From a virus (Duplodnaviria > Caudoviricetes): a stretch of 64,000 nucleotides of DNA. Both the position numbers and the translations under genes were made by a program. Of this stretch, positions 28,293-37,014 are shown in pieces. How positions within the stretch are numbered: position 1 is the stretch's first letter; every line of letters begins with the position of its first letter. The notes beneath the pieces are model-generated. The model was not told the origin of the DNA, did no database searches, and saw only the letters and a program-made list of their open reading frames with translations. Where the stretch lies: the IMG/VR virus record IMGVR_UViG_3300020148_000032. One strand, given 5' to 3'.

Positions 28293-28301
28293 GTTTTATA
28301 A

Positions 28302-28553
28302 TAGCAAATCTATAACCCCGGTTCTGTACATTCAACAAGGAATGCGGTTATCATTTGTCTAAGCCCTCTACCTGAACTTTAGAAGGGTAACTCCACCCGA
28401 GTTCTTCTTGAGGTTGCTACTCGCCTCCACCTTGCTTTTTAAGTTAGGTTTCGTGCTCCAATCGAATACATTTATGTACTCTCGCACTGGGCTAGGTTAT
28501 GTAGCCGGGAGTTTCCTCAGCAATTTTTATTGCCGCGATAACCCGATTAGCTA
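28302..28553 (-). ncRNA. rnpB: Compact RNase P RNA
   Basis: P1 TAGCTAATC/GATTTGCTA; CR-I GAGGAAACTCCCGGC; CR-IV AGACAAATGAT; CR-V ACAGAACCGGGGTTA, pairing with CR-I as P4. Confidence 0.82.
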
Positions 28554-28563
28554 TTAAGTTTGG

Positions 28564-28776
28564 TTACGCCTCCGTGACCTTCACGACCACAACATTGCCA
28601 CCCTGAAGGAGGAACGCGGGGCAGGTGTCACTCTGGACAACGCTCTCAAGAACACCAACGATCTCGTCAGGAACGGCATCCATGATGTTCCACTCGCCGA
28701 CGGGTAGCTTCCAGTCAGCAACGAAAGAATAGGAACGGTTAGGGGTGGTCATTTCAGTAAAAGTAACATTGAACAT
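28564..28776 (-). CDS. Small hypothetical protein
   Basis: ORF track; AAGGA RBS. Confidence 0.7.
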   Translation of the reverse strand: MFNVTFTEMTTPNRSYSFVADWKLPVGEWNIMDAVPDEIVGVLESVVQSDTCPAFLLQGGNVVVVKVTEA

Positions 28777-28779
28777 GTT

Positions 28780-29085
28780 TTATCCTTTTTCTAGGGCTTT
28801 CGCCATTTCCATTAACTTGTTTGCCTCCGCGCGAAGCTTTTCGGCCTCTTGCAGATTTTTATTTTGTTGTTCTTGATAATTATACACCTCATCAAGAGTT
28901 TTTGCAACATCTTCCCGAGTATTTCCACCACGAAGGAAAACGTCCGAATCTATTTCTTCTACTCCATAAATTGTAGAAATTTCTTCATCAATAAGATAGC
29001 TGTCACCTACAATGCGAAGATCACCATCGACATACAATGCCGACCACTCTTCAGCGTTATAACGAACTAGCTTCATTGTGAACAC
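28780..29085 (-). CDS. Hypothetical protein
   Basis: ORF track; TTGACA-N18-TATAAT promoter at 29121-29150. Confidence 0.75.
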   Translation of the reverse strand: MFTMKLVRYNAEEWSALYVDGDLRIVGDSYLIDEEISTIYGVEEIDSDVFLRGGNTREDVAKTLDEVYNYQEQQNKNLQEAEKLRAEANKLMEMAKALEKG

Positions 29086-29153
29086 TTCCTTTCATCAAGT
29101 GGTTTTTACGCCACTTTTCTATTATAACTCACGTCATGATTATTTGTCAAATA

Positions 29154-30119
29154 TCAGAGAATGACATATTCCACATTACGCAAGTCCATCAACTTGTCAC
29201 CGCCAGCATATGAAATAGAAGACTGAAGGTTTTCCTTAATAGTAGTAAGGGTATTCACAATAGAACCTTTATAAGGAAGGAATAGTTTTTTACCCTCGAC
29301 ATGCTTGTTCTCGCCCTTCTGGTGCTCACTAGCACTTCCGAAGAAGGCTTTCTTGAGAGTTCCATCAGGTTCATCAACAATGTCACCAGGGTTCTCGTCA
29401 TGTCCGGCTAGCATACCCCCTATCATGACCATATCTGCGCCAAACGCGACAGATTTAGCAATGTCACCATATTCACGAATTCCACCGTCAGCAATGATTG
29501 AAGCGGAAGCCCTTTCGGAAACTGCATCAATCATTGAGAGTTGGAAATCACGAGTACCAAATCCAGTGTTTGGAGACGTAAGGCACGCCATACCTGGACC
29601 AATACCGACCTTGATCGAGTGGGCTCCAGCATCTTCTAACGAAAGAGCACCTTCAACAGTACCAACATTACCTGCAATGACGAAAGATTCAGGTAGGTAT
29701 TGTCGAACTTGCTTGACAATGAATTCTACTCTTTCAGAATGACCGTGAGCAACATCAATAGTGATGTATTCAGGGTTCTTATTCATTTCTGCAAGTCTCT
29801 TAATGTTTTCTACATCAATGTCCTTGATTCCAAGAGAAATTGAGGAATAAAGGCTTTTAGAATGCATTGATTCAGTGAAAACTACTGGGTCAACATCAAA
29901 GCGATGCATGACATAGAAGTAATCATTCTCGGCAGACCAATTGGCAAGTTTCTGCCCGATGATTGTAGACATGTTAGCAGGTACAACTGGAAGGTTGAAC
30001 GTTTTCGGTCCAAACTTTACTTTAGTATCAACTTGTGAACGAGAGTCAACGATGCACTTCTTTGGCAGAAGTCTTACGTCATTGAAATCAAAAACTCTCA
30101 TAGGTGATAAATTAGGCAT
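29154..30119 (-). CDS. guaC: GMP reductase
   Basis: PVVPANM, YFYVMHRFD, YITIDVAHGHS, KVGIGPG.AC, IIADGGIR, FFGSASE.QKGE.K.VEGKK. Confidence 0.93.
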   Translation of the reverse strand: MPNLSPMRVFDFNDVRLLPKKCIVDSRSQVDTKVKFGPKTFNLPVVPANMSTIIGQKLANWSAENDYFYVMHRFDVDPVVFTESMHSKSLYSSISLGIKDIDVENIKRLAEMNKNPEYITIDVAHGHSERVEFIVKQVRQYLPESFVIAGNVGTVEGALSLEDAGAHSIKVGIGPGMACLTSPNTGFGTRDFQLSMIDAVSERASASIIADGGIREYGDIAKSVAFGADMVMIGGMLAGHDENPGDIVDEPDGTLKKAFFGSASEHQKGENKHVEGKKLFLPYKGSIVNTLTTIKENLQSSISYAGGDKLMDLRNVEYVIL

Positions 30120-30168
30120 TTAATTCTCCGTTTTTAAAGTGATCAAAACATATTTATTTTAACAAGTT

Positions 30169-30550
30169 TTAATCAGTATAGACCACGCGCTTTATGCCAG
30201 CCTCAAGGAGCGAATCCCAACAACGCCGGCACGGGCGCGACATTGCAGAATCAGTCGACTTACCCTTACGAGCAACATAAACAGTGGCGCCCTTAAGTAA
30301 CTCGGGCGAGACGCGAGTCATGGCATCAATCTCAGCGTGAATACCGATGTGCTCACGCGGGATGTAGTCTCCAACCTGGTTCTTATTCTTGTTAAAACCA
30401 GTACCAAGAACCTTACCGTTCTTGTAAACAATTGCTCCGTGATGATGATTCTTGCAAGTGCTATGCTCAGCAAGCTCTAGAGCAGCCTGTAGTAGTCGCT
30501 TATCGCGGTTCGACAGCCGCGAGTCAGATAGCGACAGCTCCTTTGATCAT
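30169..30550 (-). CDS. Zn-dependent cytidine/adenosine deaminase-fold protein, frameshifted near the start
   Basis: Frame 30537-30169 encodes HGAIVYKNGKVLGTGFN...IHAEIDA...SRPCRRC...AGIKRVVYT; RBS-ATG at 30550 is one base out of frame. Confidence 0.75.
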
Positions 30551-30605
30551 TTCAGTATCCTTTCGTTAACAACTAGAATTATCTTATATGTGTTTTAAAG
30601 TTTTG

Positions 30606-31244
30606 TCAAATCTTTTCAATTCGAAGATAAACAGGGAAATCACACTGTGTGCCACCAATGCTCGTTCCTACTTCTTTTGCGAGAGAAGCATCTTCAGGAA
30701 TAAGGATATCACCTGGAGAGTAATTCAGATTCACTGAAGTATTCCCAAGGCTTACATCGTTAACAATGCTCGCTCCTACTTCTTTTGCGAGAAAAGTATC
30801 TTCAAAAATAAAGATATCATCTGGAGAGTACTTCAGACTCACTGAAGTATTCCCAAGGCTTACATCGTTAACAATGCTCGCTCCTACTTCTTTTGCGAGA
30901 AAAGCATCTTCAGGAATAAGGATATCATCTGGAGAGCAATTCAGACTCACTGAAATATTCCCAAGGCTTACATCGTTAACAAAAATCTCTTCCGAAAGGG
31001 TGGTCTTCAAAAGTTGTGACTTATTCCAATATACTGCCCATGAGACGATTTCTCCAGAGTAAATGAAAAGCTTCACTCGGTCAGTAATCTTTAGACCAGC
31101 GTTACGCCGAAGCCTGTTGACAGAGTAACTAAGGTCAGCGATTATCCCTTCGTCTGCTAGTACTCCACCATACGAAAGATCATCATAGGTCTTAATCTTT
31201 TCGGCAGTATCAGTTAGATTCATTAGAGACCCTTTCATTGACAA
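30606..31244 (-). CDS. Protein resembling the C-terminal domain of type-2 IleRS, with three 36-aa repeats
   Basis: EGIIADLSYSVNRLRRNAGLKITDRVKL resembles EG.ARD..R.VQ..RK.AGL..SDRI.L. Confidence 0.6.
   Translation of the reverse strand: MSMKGSLMNLTDTAEKIKTYDDLSYGGVLADEGIIADLSYSVNRLRRNAGLKITDRVKLFIYSGEIVSWAVYWNKSQLLKTTLSEEIFVNDVSLGNISVSLNCSPDDILIPEDAFLAKEVGASIVNDVSLGNTSVSLKYSPDDIFIFEDTFLAKEVGASIVNDVSLGNTSVNLNYSPGDILIPEDASLAKEVGTSIGGTQCDFPVYLRIEKI
30657..30980. repeat. Tandem repeat, 3 x 108 bp (in frame)
   Basis: Units start at 30657, 30765 and 30873 (aatgctcg.tcctacttcttttgcgaga...). Confidence 0.95.
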
Positions 31245-31331
31245 TATAGATTCATCTTATATTAAGATAGCATGAAAGTCAAATGAGTGGATTATTTTAT
31301 ATTTATGCTAGACTATAAATATGATGAAAAA

Positions 31332-31406
31332 TGGAAGCGGCTACCGGGTTCGAACCGGTGTTGACGGTTTTGCAGACCGTTGCCTAAACCACTCGGCCAA
31401 GCCGCC
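31332..31406 (-). tRNA. tRNA-Cys(GCA)
   Basis: Cloverleaf; ACGGT-CTGCAAA-ACCGT; CCA encoded. Confidence 0.93.
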
Positions 31407-31411
31407 ACAAG

Positions 31412-31484
31412 AGCCTTCTATCGGAATCGAACCGATCACCTTCCCATTACGAGTGGGACGTTCTACCAGCTGAACTAAGAAGGC
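31412..31484 (-). tRNA. tRNA-Thr(CGT)
   Basis: TCCCA-CTCGTAA-TGGGA. Confidence 0.92.
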
Positions 31485-31545
31485 ACTATAATCTTTTTGA
31501 GGAACTATGTTCATATTTTTTAAAACCTCTTAAACTGAGGTTTAG

Positions 31546-31617
31546 AGCCCCTGACAGGATTCGAACCTGCGACCTGCGCTTTAGGAAAGCGTTGTTCTTC
31601 CGCTGAACTACAAGGGC
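31546..31617 (-). tRNA. tRNA-Arg(CCT)
   Basis: ACGCT-TTCCTAA-AGCGC. Confidence 0.9.
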
Positions 31618-31750
31618 ACAACATTGTTTTCTAAAAAATATTGGAGCTAGCGCCAATATTTCCAATTGGAGCTTACCCTGATCGTGGGCATATGTTCTTT
31701 TTTCATCTTTCATCATGATCAGTGATGAAAGTTATTACACCACACTAGCG

Positions 31751-31837
31751 CGGAGTTGGTGGGATTCGAACCCACGGTCCTTTTAAGGGGACACTCGTTT
31801 TCGAGACGAGCACCTTCAGCCTCTCAGTCACAACTCC
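31751..31837 (-). tRNA. tRNA-Ser(CGA)
   Basis: CTCGT-CTCGAAA-ACGAG; long variable arm. Confidence 0.92.
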
Positions 31838-31955
31838 ATCAAATAAATAACAGGTTAGCCGCACTAGGTTACCATTCATTACATTTTACCATGTACTTTC
31901 AGCCACGGACTCATTCCCAAGAGGTAATTCGACCTGTTATTTATTTTTAAATATT

Positions 31956-32021
31956 ATCCCTTGAGCCAATCGCTCACTCCCTTGTTAAAGGCAAGGTGTT
32001 CTTCATATTAAACTAAAGGGA
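31956..32021 (-). pseudogene. Degenerate tRNA-like element (TTT anticodon, non-canonical T loop)
   Basis: CCTTG-CCTTTAA-CAAGG arm; TGAGC-GATTG-GCTCA arm. Confidence 0.45.
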
Positions 32022-32179
32022 AAAAGAACTCGATATGCCCCCAATGATTATGCAAACCATTACACTTAAGACTGCTTAAACAATCTTCAGGAATCGAACC
32101 TGTCCTCATTGTCTAGAGACAAACCTCGTTCTTTAGATTACCGTATACCGAGTTTTAAGCCTTCGGCAACATTTATCCG

Positions 32180-32254
32180 TACCTGGGATGGGATTCGAAC
32201 CCACACTGTATAGGACCTAAACCTATTGCCTCCTGCCAATTGGGCTACCCAGGC
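32180..32254 (-). tRNA. tRNA-Leu(TAG), short variable loop
   Basis: ATAGG-TTTAGGT-CCTAT. Confidence 0.9.
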
Positions 32255-32419
32255 ATTTACTCTCGAAAGAGTAATAAGTTACTATCACGATAAACGCCAC
32301 GCTATATTCAACACGTAATAACCATCTCGTTCTTATGGAATTACAAATTTAATATAGTTCTCCGCATTCTCTATTACTAGCATAATGACTACTTTAAAAG
32401 TCATTATCGTGACAATAAG

Positions 32420-32492
32420 TGCCCTATCAGGGATTCGAACCCCGGCCTCGACCGTTAAGAGCGGCCTGCTCTAACCACTGAGCTAATAAGGC
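32420..32492 (-). tRNA. tRNA-Lys(CTT)
   Basis: GGCCG-CTCTTAA-CGGTC. Confidence 0.9.
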
Positions 32493-32575
32493 ATGATTAT
32501 CTTACATTGTTTCACTATTTAATTTGTCACAAGTATTACTTGTAACCCATAACAAATGACTTGTCAAATAAAACT

Positions 32576-32791
32576 TTAGTTTTCTTCAAGTTTTTCAAGA
32601 AACATATCAACAGAAACACTAGAATGCTCTGCAATTGCGTCCATCAATGCTTCAACTTGTTCAAGAGTCGCATCTGTTACAAGTAATTTCAAATTCCACG
32701 CAGCCATTTTGTTATCCTCACATTTCAAGATAGAATTTAAATCCAAGTCGGATATCAGCCTTATTCTTGTCAATAAAATAATTAATGACAT
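32576..32791 (-). CDS. Small hypothetical protein (likely start MAAWNL near 32707)
   Basis: GAGGA RBS before an internal ATG. Confidence 0.5.
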   Translation of the reverse strand: MSLIILLTRIRLISDLDLNSILKCEDNKMAAWNLKLLVTDATLEQVEALMDAIAEHSSVSVDMFLEKLEEN

Positions 32792-32826
32792 GATTAATAC
32801 TAAGTATGAGATTCCTCTCTATTATG

Positions 32827-32913
32827 CGGAAGTGACAGGATTTGAACCTGCGGTAGAGTTTCCCCTACACTCGCTTTCCAGGCGAGCACCTTAAGCCACT
32901 CAGTCACACTTCC
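32827..32913 (-). tRNA. tRNA-Ser(GGA)
   Basis: CTCGC-CTGGAAA-GCGAG; long variable arm. Confidence 0.92.
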
Positions 32914-32917
32914 ATAA

Positions 32918-33005
32918 TACCCGCAGAAGGATTCGACCTTCACTCATTCGCAATGATGAGCATCGCCGATTAAAGCAGGGTGTTTACCCATTCCACCATG
33001 CGGAT
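32918..33005 (-). pseudogene. Degenerate Leu-like tRNA (weak anticodon stem)
   Basis: Acceptor ATCCGCA/TGCGGGT, Leu-type D arm, long variable arm, T loop missing one base. Confidence 0.5.
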
Positions 33006-33038
33006 ACATATTTATACTACCATATCTCATCAGTATAG

Positions 33039-34448
33039 TCAATTAAGATATTTCTTTTTTTTTATGAAATTATCAAGAATTTCAAGGGCTTCTTTCTTAG
33101 TTTTAAAATTACCCCTATATTGCATTTCTCTAAATTGAGAAATAATTTCTCCAACCCAAGGCCCTGGTTTCTTTGAAGAACACTCAAGAATATCTTTACC
33201 CATTACAAAATCAGGTTCATATGAAGTATATATACCTTCAAGGGCAGCCTTTTGAGAAACTTCTATAATTTCTTTATCATCAATAACCTTACCGTAAGAA
33301 TACAAACGTTCGAAAGTGAACCCTCTTGAACGAAGTTCAAATGCTAATTTCTTACGAAGATAAGTAGTTGACGCATCAGAAGACTTGAACTTGGCAAGAT
33401 CTTCAGCAATATCTTGCTTATCTCTCCCGATAAGAGAGATTGAATAAAAATCTTTTCGATCCTTTTGATTCATATTTCTAGCAATAAGAGCAGAACCAAT
33501 AATATCCTTATCCTTTTTTAAATGAGTAATTTCATTAATTCTTTTTTGAACCATTTCTGAAGATAAAGATTCTTTAAGTCCAGGGCTGATATCATCCCAA
33601 CCTGATTCTTGAAGAGCAATAACTCCATTAAGAGGTTTAGTGCTCTTTGTGAAGAATTTTTCCCATTCGCCTTGGACCCTTTCAGTTGAAAGATGTTCAT
33701 ACTCTGAACGTATAGATTGAGCGAGCTCCCTTGTATCAGGAGCCCAACGAAGGTTAAAGCGTGCAGCAAATTGGAAGCCTCTAAGAACTCTTAAAGGATC
33801 TTCAGAAAATTTACCACTTACATGACGGAGGACACGTCTATTAAGGTCACTAAGACCTCTAGACGGATCTATAATCATGTGATTTACATGGTCATACATC
33901 ATTGCATTAAGAGTAAAGTCTCTTCTTTCAGCAGCTTCAAGAAGTGTCATTTCAGTATCCATTACTACTTCGAAAGATCTGTGCCCAGCACCAACACGGT
34001 TTTCTTTACGAGGTACACTTACGTCAAGGTCGGTAACCCCTCTTCCGGAGACTTTAAGTACTCCAAATTCTTTACCCACTTCGTCAACAATGTAACCTTT
34101 ATTTTTTAAAAATTGAGCAAGGGAATCAATAGTTGTTCCGTGGACTTCAATGTCAATGTCTTTATTTGAAGAACCTGTAATGGAATCACGAACAGCACCA
34201 CCGACAATAAGAGGGGTTCCCTCTTCTTGAATTTCAGTAATAATATTATCTATTGTTTCTGGAAGTTTCATGATAAACGGTCTAACATTTTCTTTCCCAT
34301 ATTCGTTCGCTCTTTCTTGATAAAGAGATGGGTTATTAATCATGTCTTTTTGTTCTGGAGTGAATTCAAAATCTTCAAAAGGGCATGCTCTCTTTCGTGC
34401 GTTACAAAGAGAAAATGAGCCTTTAGAGTTAAGGTGATATCGTGTCAT
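33039..34448 (-). CDS. cca: CCA-adding tRNA nucleotidyltransferase with N-terminal HCC tag
   Basis: VGGAVRD, KDIDIEV, RRDFTLNAM, F.EDPLRVLRGFQFAARF, ERV.GEW.K, PGPWVG. Confidence 0.92.
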   Translation of the reverse strand: MTRYHLNSKGSFSLCNARKRACPFEDFEFTPEQKDMINNPSLYQERANEYGKENVRPFIMKLPETIDNIITEIQEEGTPLIVGGAVRDSITGSSNKDIDIEVHGTTIDSLAQFLKNKGYIVDEVGKEFGVLKVSGRGVTDLDVSVPRKENRVGAGHRSFEVVMDTEMTLLEAAERRDFTLNAMMYDHVNHMIIDPSRGLSDLNRRVLRHVSGKFSEDPLRVLRGFQFAARFNLRWAPDTRELAQSIRSEYEHLSTERVQGEWEKFFTKSTKPLNGVIALQESGWDDISPGLKESLSSEMVQKRINEITHLKKDKDIIGSALIARNMNQKDRKDFYSISLIGRDKQDIAEDLAKFKSSDASTTYLRKKLAFELRSRGFTFERLYSYGKVIDDKEIIEVSQKAALEGIYTSYEPDFVMGKDILECSSKKPGPWVGEIISQFREMQYRGNFKTKKEALEILDNFIKKKKYLN

Positions 34449-34508
34449 AAGTAGTGCACTCCTTCAAAAGTTTTTCTAAAGAGAAAACGAGTACACTTTC
34501 TTCTTTAA

Positions 34509-34586
34509 TGGTAGCCCTGACTGGATTCGAACCAGTGATCTCTTCTTTATGAGGGAAGCGCTTTCGACCGACTAAGCTACAGGGCC
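34509..34586 (-). tRNA. tRNA-Met/Ile2(CAT)
   Basis: CTTCC-CTCATAA-AGAAG; CCA encoded. Confidence 0.88.
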
Positions 34587-34602
34587 ATTATTTTGTGATG
34601 TG

Positions 34603-34685
34603 TGCCTAAAGCGGGACTCGAACCCGCACGCCCTTTCGGGCACGGCGTTCTTAGCGCCGCACGTCTACCATTCCATCATTCAGGC
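34603..34685 (-). tRNA. tRNA-Leu(AAG)
   Basis: CGGCG-CTAAGAA-CGCCG; long variable arm. Confidence 0.92.
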
Positions 34686-34785
34686 ATTGAGGATAAGGTG
34701 AGTTTTAATTCATATTCTCCTCAAAATATGAAAACCACAATGTTAGTGGCTCTCGATGTTGACATTTTATTATCCAGAAATATTG

Positions 34786-34998
34786 TCAACATGTAAAAAT
34801 TATCGGCGGATATTTTCCACCAATGTGAACTTGATAAGCAGTTCTATACAAAGAATCATCCGAACCAGAAGAGTTCAAATAATCTTTCATTCTTTTCACT
34901 ATCTTTTTTAAATTAAAGTGAGACGGTTGTGAAGAACTACCCATATAACCCAATGCTACTATTTTAGCTTGAGAATTCATCATTTCATAAGCATTCAT
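34786..34998 (-). CDS. Small hypothetical protein
   Basis: AAGGAGA RBS. Confidence 0.6.
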   Translation of the reverse strand: MNAYEMMNSQAKIVALGYMGSSSQPSHFNLKKIVKRMKDYLNSSGSDDSLYRTAYQVHIGGKYPPIIFTC

Positions 34999-35021
34999 TA
35001 TAATTCTCCTTTTAATAAATG

Positions 35022-35092
35022 CTGCCCGACTAGGATTCGAACCTAGACCTGTTGAGTCAGAGTCAAATATGCTGCCATTACACTATCGGGCA
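35022..35092 (-). tRNA. tRNA-Gln(CTG)
   Basis: TTTGA-CTCTGAC-TCAAC. Confidence 0.9.
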
Positions 35093-35101
35093 ATAGTTGG
35101 T

Positions 35102-35359
35102 TTACTTCTGATGCAAACCAAGAACAGTGATATCTCCAGTGAGAGTATCAAGAGTACAATCAACCGCGATTTCACAAAAAGCAAAACGAGCGGTTTCGGA
35201 CTTGTTAAGAAGTTCCACAATCTCTTCCTCAGAAATTGGCGCTCCGCCTTCAGCTTGATTCATAGAATAATGAATCATTTCGGCGCGCTCCTTATTAGAT
35301 CCAGCGGAGCCGCTAAGATAATAAACAAATGGAAGCTTCATGGGAAACCCTTTCAACAA
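35102..35359 (-). CDS. Small hypothetical protein (paralog of 35380..35607)
   Basis: C-terminus DCTLDTLTGDITVLG resembles KCSIDLDTGDIDILG. Confidence 0.7.
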   Translation of the reverse strand: MLKGFPMKLPFVYYLSGSAGSNKERAEMIHYSMNQAEGGAPISEEEIVELLNKSETARFAFCEIAVDCTLDTLTGDITVLGLHQK

Positions 35360-35379
35360 GAATAATGAACTATTCTATT

Positions 35380-35607
35380 CTAATTGGAAAACCCTAAAAT
35401 GTCAATGTCTCCAGTATCAAGATCAATAGAGCATTTTAATTCAACTTCTTGAAAAGAGTAATAACTTGACTTTTGTCGAATAAGTTCATAAAGTTCATCC
35501 TCAGTAAGATGATAATTAGGGTCTTTCGCAAGTTGCTCGTGAAGAATTTCAGAAAGTTCCCTGTGCGTATAATCATCATGAATAGTATGAGTAAACTTTA
35601 TTTTCAT
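35380..35607 (-). CDS. Small hypothetical protein
   Basis: Paralogous to its neighbour. Confidence 0.7.
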   Translation of the reverse strand: MKIKFTHTIHDDYTHRELSEILHEQLAKDPNYHLTEDELYELIRQKSSYYSFQEVELKCSIDLDTGDIDILGFSN

Positions 35608-35635
35608 TGGGACCTTCTATTCTGTTAAAATATAG

Positions 35636-35709
35636 TGTGACTAGACGGACTTGAACCCTCAACCACTGGTACCACAAACCAGCGCTCTACCAATTGAGCT
35701 ATAGCCACC
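35636..35709 (-). tRNA. tRNA-His(GTG), A73
   Basis: CTGGT-TTGTGGT-ACCAG. Confidence 0.88.
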
Positions 35710-35807
35710 ATCGTTACTTATTTCTTGCAACAATCTCCACCGCAAGAACAAGTGCAATCTTCTTTATCTTTATACATATTTCACCACCTTCATATGAATA
35801 ATATGAG

Positions 35808-35880
35808 AGCGAGTGACCAGATTCGAACCGGCGTTAACAGTTTGGAAGACTGTAGTACTAGGCCTCTGTACGACACTCGC
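35808..35880 (-). tRNA. tRNA-Gly(TCC) copy 1
   Basis: ACAGT-CTTCCAA-ACTGT. Confidence 0.9.
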
Positions 35881-35919
35881 AATATGTCAATATTCTATCA
35901 AGAATATCAACAAGTTTTA

Positions 35920-36093
35920 TTAATCATCAATAACAACAGAAATCATCGCCTTAGCAGAAGGATTATCGGAATGCTTTTCGAGAACCTCGACCTTATGTTC
36001 GGTAGCCTCAGCAAAAGTATCGTCATAAGAATAGACGACCCAATAGTTTCCATCAAAGAAAAGAACCATAAACTTACCAAAATGATTAAACAT
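35920..36093 (-). CDS. Small hypothetical protein (57 aa)
   Basis: AAGGA RBS, MFNHFGKFMVLFFDGNYW...; below the ORF-track cutoff. Confidence 0.55.
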   Translation of the reverse strand: MFNHFGKFMVLFFDGNYWVVYSYDDTFAEATEHKVEVLEKHSDNPSAKAMISVVIDD

Positions 36094-36335
36094 GTGAATC
36101 CTTATTTTAATAGTAGTGATGAGTTATTTCATAATAACACTATATGATAAGAATGTCAATATACTCAAAGCGCGCAGGAAGTTGAACAATTAGCGCTTCA
36201 TGTTCAACCTTTCCCGCGCCTTTAAACGGAATTTTTGTTATTCTGTAGATTAATTCTAACTACAACCCACTTTATGATGAGGGCTCGCCGTGATATCCAT
36301 ACACGGTCTCGAAGGGATACATACATATCCCGAAG

Positions 36336-36406
36336 CTGGAGTACTAGGATTCGAACCTAGACTAACTGATCCAAAGTCAGGGGTGCTGCCATTACACTAT
36401 ACTCCA
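36336..36406 (-). tRNA. tRNA-Gln(TTG)
   Basis: CCTGA-CTTTGGA-TCAGT. Confidence 0.9.
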
Positions 36407-36445
36407 AAGTTTAATGCATAATTATTAATTATATCAAGAAAAAAG

Positions 36446-36520
36446 TCTAGATAGAAGGATTCGAACCTTCGACTCCTCGGATCCAAACCGAGTACCCTGG
36501 CCAAACTGAGCTATATCTAG
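36446..36520 (-). tRNA. tRNA-Pro(TGG)
   Basis: CTCGG-TTTGGAT-CCGAG. Confidence 0.88.
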
Positions 36521-36739
36521 ATAGCAATCACAAGGATTGCTTTTTTATTAAGAATGAGAAGCACGTCTAAAACGAACTTCATTCATAGTTTTGTACGTTT
36601 CAAAATCCTTAGTTTGTAACAAAGTCTCCGAAAGAATTTCATCAAAACTTCCCATCATTTCAAGTTCAACTTCAACTTTAGAATTTATATGATACATAAG
36701 GTTCTCCTTTTTAAAAAATTTTCTATATAAAGTTTATAG

Positions 36740-36812
36740 TGAATCTAGAGGGACTCGAACCCGCAACCTCTTCCGAGTCAAGGAAGCGCTCTACCAATTG
36801 AGCTATAGATTC
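36740..36812 (-). tRNA. tRNA-Val(GAC)
   Basis: CTTCC-TTGACTC-GGAAG. Confidence 0.88.
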
Positions 36813-37014
36813 ATAAGCTGCTGTCTAAAAAATTATAAGACTATAGCAGAAGAGATAACTAGGCAGGACATACCAGGCTGGGGGAGCAGATGTGAGAGTG
36901 ATAGCATCATGGTAGTGTCCTTTCTAAGTTGAGAAACTGCAGTATAGCAGTAGTTTATGATTGAAGTGTTTCAATATGCAGAAAAAGTTTTAATCTTTTT
37001 AAGCTGCAGTGTAG

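Noticed and set aside
30657-30980. CRISPR array
   Set aside because: 108-bp contiguous in-frame coding repeats without unique spacers; no cas genes.
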